Shown here piece by piece: positions 27,810-46,648 of a DNA stretch of 64,000 nt. Made by a program: the position numbers and the translations under genes. The DNA is from Hormiphora californensis (Eukaryota > Animalia > Ctenophora): the NCBI GenBank assembly GCA_020137815.1, contig CM035351.1:8308001-8372000 (forward strand), given 5' to 3'. How positions within the stretch are numbered: the first letter of the stretch is position 1; each line of letters opens with the position of its first letter. The notes under the pieces are model-generated. The model did no database searches and was not told where the DNA came from. It saw nothing but the letters and a program-made list of their open reading frames with translations.

Positions 27810-28564
27810 TTTCCCCGGACCTCGAGGGCCCCAAGGGCAGTACAAGATCCAAGGAGTTATGCCGGTGTAGGGTGGAGAGAGTGGCCCAGGTGTCGCCCAC
27901 AGTAAAACTCCTTCAGCTCAGCACGGAGAGCTCCCATTTCAACTTTAAACCCGGCCAATGGGTGGACTTCTTCATCCCAAACACAACTCTAGTTGGAGGG
28001 TACTCCATGTGCTCCGCTCCTGATCCACACTACTTCGAGCTGGCGGTGAAGTTCTCTCTCCATCCTCCAACCCATTGGATTCACAGTTCCTGCAAGGTGG
28101 GGGACCGACCCTTGGTGAGGGTGGGAGGGGACAAGTGGTTGGATCCCAAGACTACCTCTGCAAAGGTGGTGATTCTCTTAGCTGGAGGTAGGGGTGTTAA
28201 CCCGCTCCTATCAATTCTGCGGGCCGGGGCAGGTACCAACACTGTTTTCCACCTTCTCTACTCAGTGAAAACCCTGGAAGAGCTGGTGTTCTGGGCGGAA
28301 ATTGAAGAACTCCGTTCAGTCCACCGGAACATTATAGCCGAGTACCACATGACAGAAAAGTTCCCTGACTACCTTGGACCCAAACTGACGGAGAGTTTCA
28401 GAGAGGGCCGGATCACCCCTGACCAGATTAATTGTTTGCTGCTTGAGTACCAGAAAACGGTGGACGTCTCGGATATGAGGTTGTTTGTATGTGGGCCTCC
28501 CAAGATGATTGAATTATTTGATAGGAACGTCAACATAAAGTGTGATTTTGAGAAATGGTGGTGA
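27810..28564 (+). CDS. OXNAD1: Oxidoreductase NAD-binding domain protein 1 (FNR family); start not resolved
   Basis: FKPGQWVDF, GGYSMCSAP, LAVK...HPPTHWIH, LAGGRGVNPLLS, FVCGPPKMI, and the characteristic C-terminal FEKWW. Confidence 0.9.
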
Positions 28565-28755
28565 GAGAATTGTTTACAAAAATGGACGAAAATTGAGAGA
28601 AATATTTCCTTGAATTCGATCTGATTTAACCTTGAAGTAAGGTGATGCTAGGTTTTTGACTGAACTGAACTTCTTGAAAGACAAAAATGACCCTCTGTTT
28701 GTAATATTTTTTAATGGTGCGTTTTAACTTATAGGTCTATTCTGAGAAAGAGAGA

Positions 28756-28792
<37 letters not shown>

Positions 28793-28879
28793 TGAGAGAG
28801 AGAGTGAGAGAGATGGAGAGAGAGAGAGAGAGAGATAGAGTGAAGATAAAGAGAGAATCATTGTATAGGTGTTGTTGTT

Positions 28880-30290
28880 GTTGATTGAGATTCTCACCTC
28901 TTTAGCTGTTTTGGGGAAAATTTAAAAACCACCCTAGTAATCGGGGTTAATTGGGACTTTTCAAAAAAAATGATCTGATAGTACCTGGATTTTTTTAATA
29001 AAAACCCCCCCTCCCTGCCCCCGTGTGAATTCAACTGAATACCCCTAAAAATACCTCTTCTATTTTTAGAACATGGGGTGAAATACAAAATTGTTTTGTT
29101 CTAGTGGGGGGTGAATAAATTTTGGAAAAGCCAAACCTCAGCAATTCATTCTTTGCAGGTAAACCTCCCCTCGATGCCAACCCCCCCCCCCCCCCCCCCG
29201 GCACCCCTCGATATATCTCGTGCATGTGATTCCTGCATGCCCTAATTTCAGTTTTTCTAAATTGAGTACCCCGTATATTTTTCCCCCAAAATAGTAAAAC
29301 CCCCCCGGGGGGATTGGGGCCCCTGCCAGCCCACTCCCCCCCGCGGGCGGGAAAACAGAAAAATGCGTGCGTCAAAATTTTCACAGTGTGCGCATCTAGG
29401 GTAAAATGGGAAAAGGGGTTACAACCCCATTTTTTTGGGAAAAAAAGGAATTAGGGGCGGGGCTTGAAAAAGGAGTTTTTAATTTTAAAGGGAGTTTTTT
29501 GGGGAATTTTTGGGTAAAATGGCTAAAGAATGTGATCAGCATCAAAATATATTTTCTAAAGGGTAGTGTTAAAGAATTGGGTTTGCGCTTTAAAAATAAC
29601 AAGAAATATTTAACCCCCCCTTTCGGGAATTTTGGGGGGAAAAAAGGGGGGGGAAAAAAGGGGGGAAGGAATAAAAGGGGGAAAAAAAAAGGGGGGAAAG
29701 GAAAAAAAAGGAAAAAGGGAAAAGGGGGGGAAAAAAAAAGGGGGGGAAATTTGGGGTGAAGGTAAAGGGGGAAAAAAGGGGAAGGGGGGGAAGGGAAAAA
29801 AAGGGGGGAAAAGGGAAAAAAGGGGGAAGGTAAATAAATTTTTTTGGGGGGGGGTAAATTTTTCCCCAAAATTTTTAAAAAAGGGGTGGGTGGGGTTGGG
29901 GGGGGGGTTTTTGGGGGGGGTTTTTTTTTTTTTTTATTGGGGGGGGAAAAAAAAAAACGGGGGAATAAAGGGGGGGAAAGAAAGGGGAAAAGGGGGAAAG
30001 GGGGGGGGGAAAAGGGGGGGGATGGGAGAGAAAGGGGGGAAAACCTGGGGAGAAAAAAAAGGGGGGGGGAAAAAAAGAAAACCAAATTTTTCCCCCTTTT
30101 TTTTCCCTTTTAAACCCCCCCCCCCCCCCCCCCAAAATTAACCCCCCTTCCCCCCCCCCCCCCTCCCTTTCATTTTTTTTCCCCCCCTTTTCCCCCTTTT
30201 TAAACCCCCCTCCCCTTTAATTTTCCCCGGGGGGAAAAAACGGGGGAAAAGGGCAAAGGGAAAGAAGGGAGGTTTGTCTTTAAAAACCCC
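28880..30290. other. Low-quality homopolymer-dominated sequence, likely read noise
   Basis: Runs of G/A/T/C with no coding or repeat structure. Confidence 0.8.
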
Positions 30291-30550
30291 AATTTAAAAC
30301 ACGTGTGGAGGCAGCCACGGGGTTAAAGATACATTGGGCGTACCTTTGGCAAACTCTTTTGTAATTTGTGCAGTAAGTCATTGTATGGAGAGACTGGGAT
30401 TTTACCCTGTCAGGCGTCAACTGGATCCTCACTGCGCTGGCAAGAGCAAAGGTTCCATTTCCCCCTCCCCCCCAAAAGCGCGCCAGAAAAGCAGTTATAC
30501 GTTTTATGGGGTTTTGCCTGAAATGAAAAACCTAGAGGGAGATGAGAGAG

Positions 30551-31707
30551 AGAGAGGCACTCAGGGGTTCAGAGAGAGGCCACGTTAGGGGTCAGAGAGA
30601 GGAACGTTAGGGTTTTCAGCAGAGAGGCACGTTTAGGGGTTCCGAGAGAGGCACGTCAGGGGTTCAAGAGAGGCACCGTCAGGGTTCAAAGAGGAGGCAC
30701 GTTAGGGGTCAAGAGAGAGGCACGTTAGGGGTTTCAGAGAGAGGCACTTAGGGGTTCAGAGAGAGGCACGTCAGGGCGTTCAGAGAAGGACAACACGTAG
30801 GGGTTTTCAGGGATGAGGCACGTTCAGGGGTTCAGGAGAGGCACGTTAGGGGTTCAGAGAGAGGAACGTCAGGGGTTCAGAGAGAGGCACGTCAGGGGTT
30901 CAGAGAGAGGCACGTCAGGGGTTCAGAGAGAGGCACGTCAGGGGTTCAGAGAGAGGAACGTCAGGGGTTCAGAGAGAGGAACGTCAGGGGTTCAGAGAGA
31001 GGCACCTCAGGGGTTCAGAGAGAGGCACGTCAGGGGTTCAGAGAGAGGCACGTCAGGGGTTCAGAGAGAGGCACGTTAGGGGTTCAGAGAGAGGAACGTC
31101 AGGGGTTCAGAGAGAGGCACGTCAGGGGTTCAGAGAGAGGAACGTCAGGGGTTCAGAGAGAGGCACCTCAGGGGTTCAGAGAGAGGCACGTCAGGGGTTC
31201 AGAGAGAGGCACGTCAGGGGTTCAGAGAGAGGCACCTCAGGGGTTCAGAGAGAGGCACGTCAGGGGTTCAGAGAGAGGCACGTCAGGGGTTCAGAGAGAG
31301 GAACGTCAGGGGTTCAGGGAGAGGAACGTCAGGGGTTCAGGGAGAGGCACGTTAGGGGTTCAGAGAGAGGAACGTCAGGGGTTCAGAGAGAGGCACGTCA
31401 GGGGTTCAGAGAGAGGAACGTCAGGGGTTCAGGGAGAGGAACGTCAGGGGTTCAGGGAGAGGCACGTTAGGGGTTCAGAGAGAGGAACGTCAGGGGTTCA
31501 GAGAGAGGAACGTCAGGGGTTCAGGGAGAGGCACGTCAGGGGTTCAGGGAGAGGCACCTCAGGGGTTCAGAGAGAGGAACGTTAGGGGTTCAGAGAGAGG
31601 CACGTCAGGGGTTCAGAGAGAGGAACGTCAGGGGTTCAGGGAGAGGCACGTCAGGGGTTCAGGGAGAGGCACCTCAGGGGTTCAGAGAGAGGAACGTTAG
31701 GGGTCAG
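30551..31707 (+). repeat. 23-bp minisatellite array (about 50 units)
   Basis: Unit gagagaggcacgtcaggggttca with variants; noisier at the 5' end. Confidence 0.95.
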
Positions 31708-31941
31708 CACCTGACAGCTTTCTGGCTTTGTTCCGTTCCTCTGGACGGTAATACGACTGCAAGCAGCACTGTGAGACTGAGATTCTCAGTGAGAACAATG
31801 GTCCGAATTCTCCTGTCAGTGCTCCAGCTCTGACCACGGTTCTCGCGTGAGAAATGAGAATAGGGTCAGGTCAATGCTCTCACAGGAATCCACTCTTCTC
31901 GGCCGGTCAGAAGAGCGGAGCAGGCATTCCACTGAATGCAT

Positions 31942-32396
31942 GGGGGGAGACACACTGAAGTTGGGCGCGCTCGTTCAAATCTCAACCTCGCGACACACAC
32001 TGAAGTTCAAAGTTCGAAGTTTCGCGAAAACCCATTTTCGGCTGAGAAATCATTTGTAAGAGGCTAACTTATTTACTGGTACATCTCTCGAGGTTTCCTT
32101 TATCCATACTGAGTCAATTTCACCGTTTTTGAAATGTTTGGCTAATCCGGTCACAGTTGTCCCAATTCACCAAAAATTTTAAAAACGGTGAAATTGACCC
32201 GGTATTGATAAAGGACACCTCGAGAGATGTACCAGTAAATATACTAGCATCTTACAAATGATTTCTCAGCCGAAAATGGGTTTTCGCGGAACTTCGAACT
32301 TTTCCGCGAAACTTCGAACTTCGAACTTCAGTGTGTGTCGCGAGGTTGAGAGTTGAACGCGCGCGACCAACTTCAGTGTGTCTCCCCCCCCCCCCC
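31942..32396. mobile_element. Foldback/MITE with ~200-bp inverted arms
   Basis: ggggggagacacactgaagttgg... / ...ccaacttcagtgtgtctcccccc. The arms pair almost to the centre (about 32145-32165). Confidence 0.85.
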
Positions 32397-32979
32397 ATTA
32401 TTATCAAAATCGAGTGCCAGAGAAGAAAGATGAATTAGTCGCGACACTGTGTTATTTTTTTGGCGGGCAGGTTTAACCCGAACCGGCACTCGATTTTGGT
32501 TTGGAAAACGAATTTCAAAACAGCGTGGTTAACGGTATAACTTGTTATTAACAATTGTTCACTTACTACAAACGGAACCAAACAACAACAAAAACCCGGG
32601 GAAACTGGGCCTCATAATAATTTCTAACAACTATTCATTTTCAATTTGAATGTAATTTAATTTTATATCACACAGTTACTCTGTCTGGCGTAGACGCCGT
32701 TCTGATTTCTCAAGCAGTGCGATTCTCAGATCAGAGCATGATTTATAATTGACCATTCAATTGGCCTGACAGTCTCAAATCGGGTCTGCGGCGGCGAGCC
32801 AGACAGCAGTCACTCCAAATCCGTTTCCAAATTCAATCTTCATCATACATAATTCCTTTCTCTTGAAACATTGTCTCACTTTGTTTTCTTCCTACAATAA
32901 CATAATTGTCACTCATAATATCCTACTACTAATCGTAACACTACAGTAGCTCTCTCATATCATCCCGCATAAAATCTTG

Positions 32980-40184
<7,205 letters not shown>

Positions 40185-40633
40185 CACGACATGCAATAGC
40201 GCTAGAAAATGGATGAAGTTGCGGTAAGGGAGGGGGTTAAACAAAAAACAAGAAAATCAGTGAACAATCTAGTTTAGAGAGTACATCAGTCTAAAAAAGT
40301 GATTTAAAACTGTCGTTATAATGGATAAAATCTGTTACATTTTGTCAAACTATAGCCTCTAGAAAAAAAACCACACAACCAAGGTATCGCACACAGAATG
40401 CTAGCTAGTCAAATTTAGACTCCAGAACTAGCTAGGGCGGTGTCGAGCGAGTGTATGTGTGCGTCACGTGACATTAATGCTAAAACGATGCACTTTTTAC
40501 AGATCGAACTGCGCGCGCACCCCGACTACGTGAGTGACAAACATAGTCTCTGTAGCTGAGTAGAGATCTCCCCCGAATTATTGGAGACACAGCTGCTGCA
40601 TCTGAGATGTTTGTCTTACCAGCTCACCTACCC

Positions 40634-43600
40634 CTACCCCCATAAACCCTCCCTCTATTCCTCATTTGGTACTGCTCCTGATGTAGGTCTTTCTCTTCGG
40701 TTCCAAAAAGACTCTTGAAGGGATACGTAGACTGCATTAGGCGGCACATCTGAAATCACACCATGGGTTATATTTAGCAGTGGTGTTTCCACTATTCTGA
40801 TTGTGGACTATCCACTCCTTACCTCTGAAAACCTCGTTTTTATTTCCTCAAAGTTTTTGTGCTGTACGGAACGTGTTATGTTGTCCTTCTGAAAGGGCTC
40901 CTCAATACACATGGCGTATTGCGAGGTGTCCAGTCCTGGTTCGTTGTAGTTCCGTAACCTCTCTTTGGCAGAGTAGGTAGAGAATATCTTTGTTTGTCTG
41001 CAAATAGGGATGTGTCAATAATAACACAAGATAAATAGAGTAGTGTGTGGGCGAGAAATATGGATGATATAGGCTCAGTAAAGGGAAATATTTTATCAAT
41101 GAGCCGTTTTATTCATTTTCTTAGTGATTTGGTTATTTACCGGAGACGTTTATTCCAGAAAAAGAAGAATTTAACGAAAAGTGTTCCAACCTCCTCCGTA
41201 TTCTTTACTTCATACTGTAATATACTCGGCTGGGGTATAATTCTGCTAGTTGAGTGTTCACATTCACACGCAGCAACTTGTCCACCGGTATCTTGAGAGG
41301 TGGGATGAGTGGAGGGGAGGCCCCAACTTGCAGGAAATATATCATCATGTTGACCAGACCATATGATGATAAAGTCCCCATGTAGGCTGAGTTGATGTTC
41401 CACGACTTAGCCCAGGTTTTGAGAGCTATCACTAGGATTGGGATCCGCTCGTCGACTGGAAATAACGGGTTTTAGTTGAGGGTAAAATTAACAGTCAAAT
41501 AATAAAACTTGGTAGTTAGGGACCTGTCTTATATCCTGAGTTGTCGGACTCACTTGTTTTGTTCAAACCTTTTTATTTTATTTTAAAAGGGAAGGACTCA
41601 CGTAGGGAGATGGATCGAAGCAGGAAGGAGTTTTTGATGCCAACCAGATTGTTAATGTTAATATCAACATCACAACCACTGACATTATCTAGCATTTTGA
41701 TGATAGGAACTTTTGCAAAGATCGTCTCCACATTAGAACAAAATGCTGTAAAACAAACGAGAGGTTATTTGTTTGCACCTGTCAATTGAGTTAAAGTGTT
41801 AATGTGAGAGATGGAAGCAGAGATTATCTCCATATTATACACGTACATTCCCTGCGAAGTTCCCCTGCTAGTCTCATGATAACCTTGCGTGCTTTGCTCT
41901 TGGGAATGACTGCTGTGTAGGGGTCGAACACAAGGGCCATATCAGCATCCGACTTGTTCGTTCCAAAGCCGCTCATTGAACTACCCGTGAGATGTAACAC
42001 TCCCTCTAGAAATAGGGGGGGGGGGATAATATTGGGAAATATCAGGGGTCCTACTAGTATATGGTGTTATTTGCAGGCTTTCCGATTAATATACTAGTGT
42101 GTAACAAGATATATGCACTATAAAACCGCCTAGATGCAACATGAATAAGTTTGTACAGTGCCAACAGGGTCGGGGGTGGTGATTAGGGTGCTATCTTACC
42201 TCCAAACATGCCGCTAATTATTCTCTGTATAGCTTCTCTCAGAGCTGTCTTCTTCTCAAAGGAGCGGGCGTCTTGGACGTTAGCATTGTAGTAGGTCGTG
42301 AGCTCTTGGGATAACTGAAAATATAGTACGTTGACGTTGAGTGACAGATCGAATAGCGAGTTAGAAATCACATGAAAGGGAAATACATAACACTAAATAT
42401 TCGGAGTTTAAAAAGGGAGATCTCTACACTTACATGATCTGAGTATCCAGGGGGTGGTAGCCACTGTTTCCATGCTGTAGCAACTACTGGCTGTTCTGAT
42501 ACCTCTCCATCATCACTAGACAGATCCATATCTACTACCTCATCCTGCTTACCTCATCTACAACCACATACTCAGGCTTATCTTCAGGCTTATCTTTACT
42601 TGCTGTATCTTCACTATCCTCTTCTGTTTGTTTGGATTCCTTTTCCTCCTTGACTTGCTCACCTAATGTTTTATCTTTAGACGATGTCCCAGGTTCCTCC
42701 TCCTCCTCTGTTTTCCTTCTCTTGGGAGCCGGTACTTCCTCTATATCATCCTCAACTACTATGTAATCCTCCTCTCCTTTCCTATCAATAGCAAACATAA
42801 CTTGAACATCGTCACTTGGAGAGTTTGATGAAGGAGCAGTTGTACTTGATGAAGGAGCAGTAGAGGGTCGGCCTTTGTTTTGTGACTTCTTTCCTTTGGA
42901 TGAGCTGTTCGGAGTTTCAGGTTTCTTTCCTTGTGGTTTGAGATGCGGAAAAGAGGGTGTGCTTGGATGAGGTTTCTTTTCCGTATTTTGAGGTGTTTTT
43001 GATAGTTCGTCTCTGGCCGGTGAGTTCCCCCGAGATCTCTTTCCCTTCTTTCCCCCTCCCCCAGTATTACTGGTATTGTTATTGGGTGTAGTAGGTCTGG
43101 AGTTCTTCCCCTTCCCACTACCAGGCTGAGGTGTGTTAGGTCGCGAGTTCTTCTTTCCTTGGTTCGGTGTTTTAGGTTGCTCTGCCGGAATATGGGGACC
43201 TTTATTCTTACCCCCTGTACTAGAACCTTTCTGCTGTTGTGAGCCCTGTTTCCCACGAATCTGATTGTTTTGGGGCTGCCTGTTATTTTGTTGTTGAGAG
43301 TTCCTGTTATTTTGTTGGTGGACCACCCCTCAATGACAGGAAGTTCTTATTAAACATGGCGGGTGTTTCAACAGGTGGGAAACTCTGGTTGTTCCTCCAC
43401 CCAGGGCGACCCCTTCCCTCCTCCTCCTCCTCTCGGGGTACCCCCGTTATGGGTTGCTTGGTTTGGTCTGGGTATAACCCCTGGTGTCATGTTGATAGCT
43501 TGGACAATTTGAGAGATCCCGTTCAGCATTCAGCATATTAGCTGCCATAGGATTTGGCCTGATGAGGAAATGTGGGTTAACACTAACCTATCGGGTAACG

Positions 43601-43934
43601 ATAACACCTTGGTTGCTATGGTAACCTACCCGCCATCGTTTCTGTTGAACCCAGGGCTAATGTTGTTACCATGGTAACCACCTCTGCCACCACGTTGAGG
43701 AGTCCCACCTCTGGCACCGCGATTGTGGTTGGAAGTACCGCCTCTACCTCCCCCTCCCCCTTGATGGAAGTTTTGCTGCTGATTACCACCACTGTAAGGG
43801 GGATATTATTAAGGCAATTGTGGATGAGGCATATTAATTATATCGTTGTGTGATAATTCAGTGTGATAGAATTCAGTGTACCTGGGTTGAGGTCGTTTCC
43901 GTTTCCCGCCCTGGTATCCACCTCCCTGAGGCAT
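40634..43934 (-). CDS. TENT2: Non-canonical poly(A) polymerase GLD-2/TENT2-like with a long RGG/low-complexity N-terminus
   Basis: LHLTGSSMSGFGTNKSDADM (GS + DxD), AKVPIIK...DVDININNLVGIKNSFLL, LKTWAKSWNINSAYMGTLSSYGLVNM, EPFQKDNITRSV. Confidence 0.8.
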
Positions 43935-44100
43935 TGAGCAGTTTCCCTAAATCTCTTGAACCCTAACTTATAACAGAAGTGATGGGTTAACTACTAGACT
44001 TTAAATTAGTGAAACAGTTTCAGTAAACAACAACATGCTAGATAAAAATCAAATAAAAATAAACTAAAAAGTGTAAATAAGTTAAAAGTTCAGCGTTCCA

Positions 44101-45423
44101 TCAAGTTGTTTCATCCCCAAACCCGCTCTCTGTATCTCCATCTTGAAGGTCTGCGGGACCCCTGGGCTCAGCATCCTCATTTATTTGTAACATTAGGTCG
44201 ATCTGCAGGGAATTATAGGTGTCAGGGTGTTGGGTAACAAGGTTGTAATTATTATATTTTGTTTTGACTAACACTGATACAGCCAGCCAGCCAGCCACTG
44301 TGTCGCTGTCACTCAGACAGAAGCTTATTGTGTGTGTCGTTTCGATGTGCTTGTTCTGTACTATACTTTTGCTAACATCGCTACAACAAAACGAGGAGCG
44401 CTAGCCCCATGTTCCCATGGTGATGGGGGGTATACCTGTAGACAGAGATCTCCAATAGAGTCTTCGTCCTCTATGTTGAGAGGTACAAAGTGTACCAGGC
44501 TGTAGTCATCTAGCAGCTTACACAGAGCATTAGATAGGTTAGCGTGCCTGATAGCGAGAGGTTTAGTTAGAAATGTAATGACAGTCAGGTATAAAGTTCT
44601 GCTCCTAGTTCTGCCCCTTCCCGTTGTTTTTACCGTTTATTAGAAGTTTTGGTTAAAATTCCCTCCAAAGTTAGCTGTGATGGATCCAGCCACCTATCTA
44701 AATTATCTTTATCCTTTGCCGATAGGAGGTCTATCTTGGTCAGCACGTTAACGTGGGGTAACTGGAGCTGGACCATGGCACTGAGGGCACTGCACATTCC
44801 TGCTATGAACTTGCTAGGTTCCACTAGGAACTGGGAGTCCAGTAGATACACCGCACACACCCTGGGAGGGGAGGGGGAGTTAATTCCGAATTAGCGGGGG
44901 GGGGGGGGGGGCAATAAGAAACGGTTGCTCCCAAATAAAAGCCGTATTCCCAAGTGTACCTTCAAGTGTACCACAGTCCCAAACCCCAAAGTGTACCCCC
45001 ATCCCCTCCCCAAGTCCGTATTTACCTGATTCCCCAGCTTTCCAAAGTCTTGATAAACCGACTCATCGTGTCCATGTGGGTATACAGCTCAATCTGTCCG
45101 GGGCAATCAATAATAAAATAATCATCCTCCACCGCCCCTAAACACTCATCCAACCACTCTGTATTATTTATAAGGTACTCCATACAAAACACGAGACCAC
45201 CGTTAGGTCCAAACTTTAACTCACTATCCTCCATAACATCATCAACAGATATCAGCTCCCTGATGTCGCACTGGACTTCATATCTGAAGAATTCAGCAGC
45301 CGGGTCCAGGTTGATACAGTGAACCTTCCTGTGTAGTACGTTGTAGTGCTGTTCCACTGTGTGGACGTAGGTAGATTTACCTGCCCCCGCAGGACCCATC
45401 ACCAGTTGTGCGTAGCGTGGCAT
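44101..45423 (-). CDS. GPN3: GPN-loop GTPase 3 (4 exons)
   Basis: [66 protein letters not shown]. Confidence 0.95.
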
Positions 45424-45683
45424 GTTAGTTTTACATGGCCTGCAAAGAGTGTGTTAGATGTTGTGTCAGATTGTGAGAGGAAATAGTTGTACAGTGGTTA
45501 GACGACCGAAGAAATACAGGAAGTTTTACAAAAGTTGTATACAAATTACCGAAATAAATACTGTACAGAATCAAAGAACTTTAGAAATCAGAAGTCATAA
45601 GTTAGGTGTCAATAGTTTGTTACCAAAAACCCTCTTTCAGTAAAAATGATAAACACTAAGATCAATCATCTAAAAAATTTATT

Positions 45684-46535
45684 TCACAGCCGTGCAACTT
45701 CAAGAAAGTCCCACGACTTGCCTGACTTCCAAAACACATTAGACCTGTCATCAAGAGAGAAAACTAGCTGACAATCCTTACTTTTCACCTCAATATTATC
45801 AATAACCAGAAAGTACCACGTGTCATGTCGAGCCCTCTCTATCCTCAGATTAGCCAGATCGTTATACCCATTGTACTCCAAAGAGGGCTCCTTGCCCCCA
45901 GCCAGATCAGACCACACCCGAGGATGGATAAAGTTATGTCTGACGACCTCATTGCAACTCTTATCCAGCACTCTTATAACCATGGGACTATCTCCCTTCC
46001 AATGCACATCGGGTCTAACTTGGAGGTGGAGCCTGACCCTGTATCTAGCCGGGTAACTCTCAGCATCCCCCTTTAGGAGAGGGAGATCAGTCCCAAAAAT
46101 GAGCCAATTCAGTCCCTTCAGATAGACAATATCCCTGGCTAGCAGCTCACTATGTTCAGCATACGCGTACAGTGGGTCCCCTAAATAACTGAACATGTGA
46201 GATGACGCCACTGATACTCGTGTAATATCAGCTGAGGTAGGTACAATATCATGAAGCACCCTGTACACCGTTAACCTTCTCCATTGAGCCTTAGGAAACT
46301 GGGTAATATGGTTGAACAGGTGCCGTTCAAGGGGCAGTAAAAAGTGTTGGTTGATATCAAAGTATTCAGAGATTTGGTGGGAGCGATCTGGATGGGCTGT
46401 AAACAGGAGAGTTAGATAATCGGTGGTCCGGGAGAATATGTCTCGAGAGGTGAGACATAGCTGGGAGAGATCCGAGGGAGAACACAGGGATAGGACATAT
46501 TCGAATAGGTAGCAGTCTAGATTATCTAGCAACAT
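45684..46535 (-). CDS. F-box protein with a C-terminal PP2/Nictaba-like lectin domain; intronless
   Basis: N-terminal F-box-like LLDNLDCYLFEYVLSLCSPSDLSQLCLTSR; C-terminal YLGDPLY...IVYLKGLNWLIFG...YRVRL...WKSG.SWDFLEV. Confidence 0.65.
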   Translation of the reverse strand: MLLDNLDCYLFEYVLSLCSPSDLSQLCLTSRDIFSRTTDYLTLLFTAHPDRSHQISEYFDINQHFLLPLERHLFNHITQFPKAQWRRLTVYRVLHDIVPTSADITRVSVASSHMFSYLGDPLYAYAEHSELLARDIVYLKGLNWLIFGTDLPLLKGDAESYPARYRVRLHLQVRPDVHWKGDSPMVIRVLDKSCNEVVRHNFIHPRVWSDLAGGKEPSLEYNGYNDLANLRIERARHDTWYFLVIDNIEVKSKDCQLVFSLDDRSNVFWKSGKSWDFLEVARL

Positions 46536-46648
46536 TCTATAAAAATGTGAGGAGCACAAGAATGTTAGGATATGAAAACAAAGAATTAATTACAGACAAA
46601 TCTAGACACAATAAGTTACCAAAATCACTTCAACTGTATAAAAACACA

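Noticed and set aside
29396-30141. G/K-rich and P/F-rich ORFs
   Set aside because: Translations of homopolymer noise.
30551-31707. Regular 23-bp repeats as a CRISPR array
   Set aside because: Contiguous units with no unique spacers, eukaryotic context, no cas genes. The same applies to 51033-51800 and 58600-60295.
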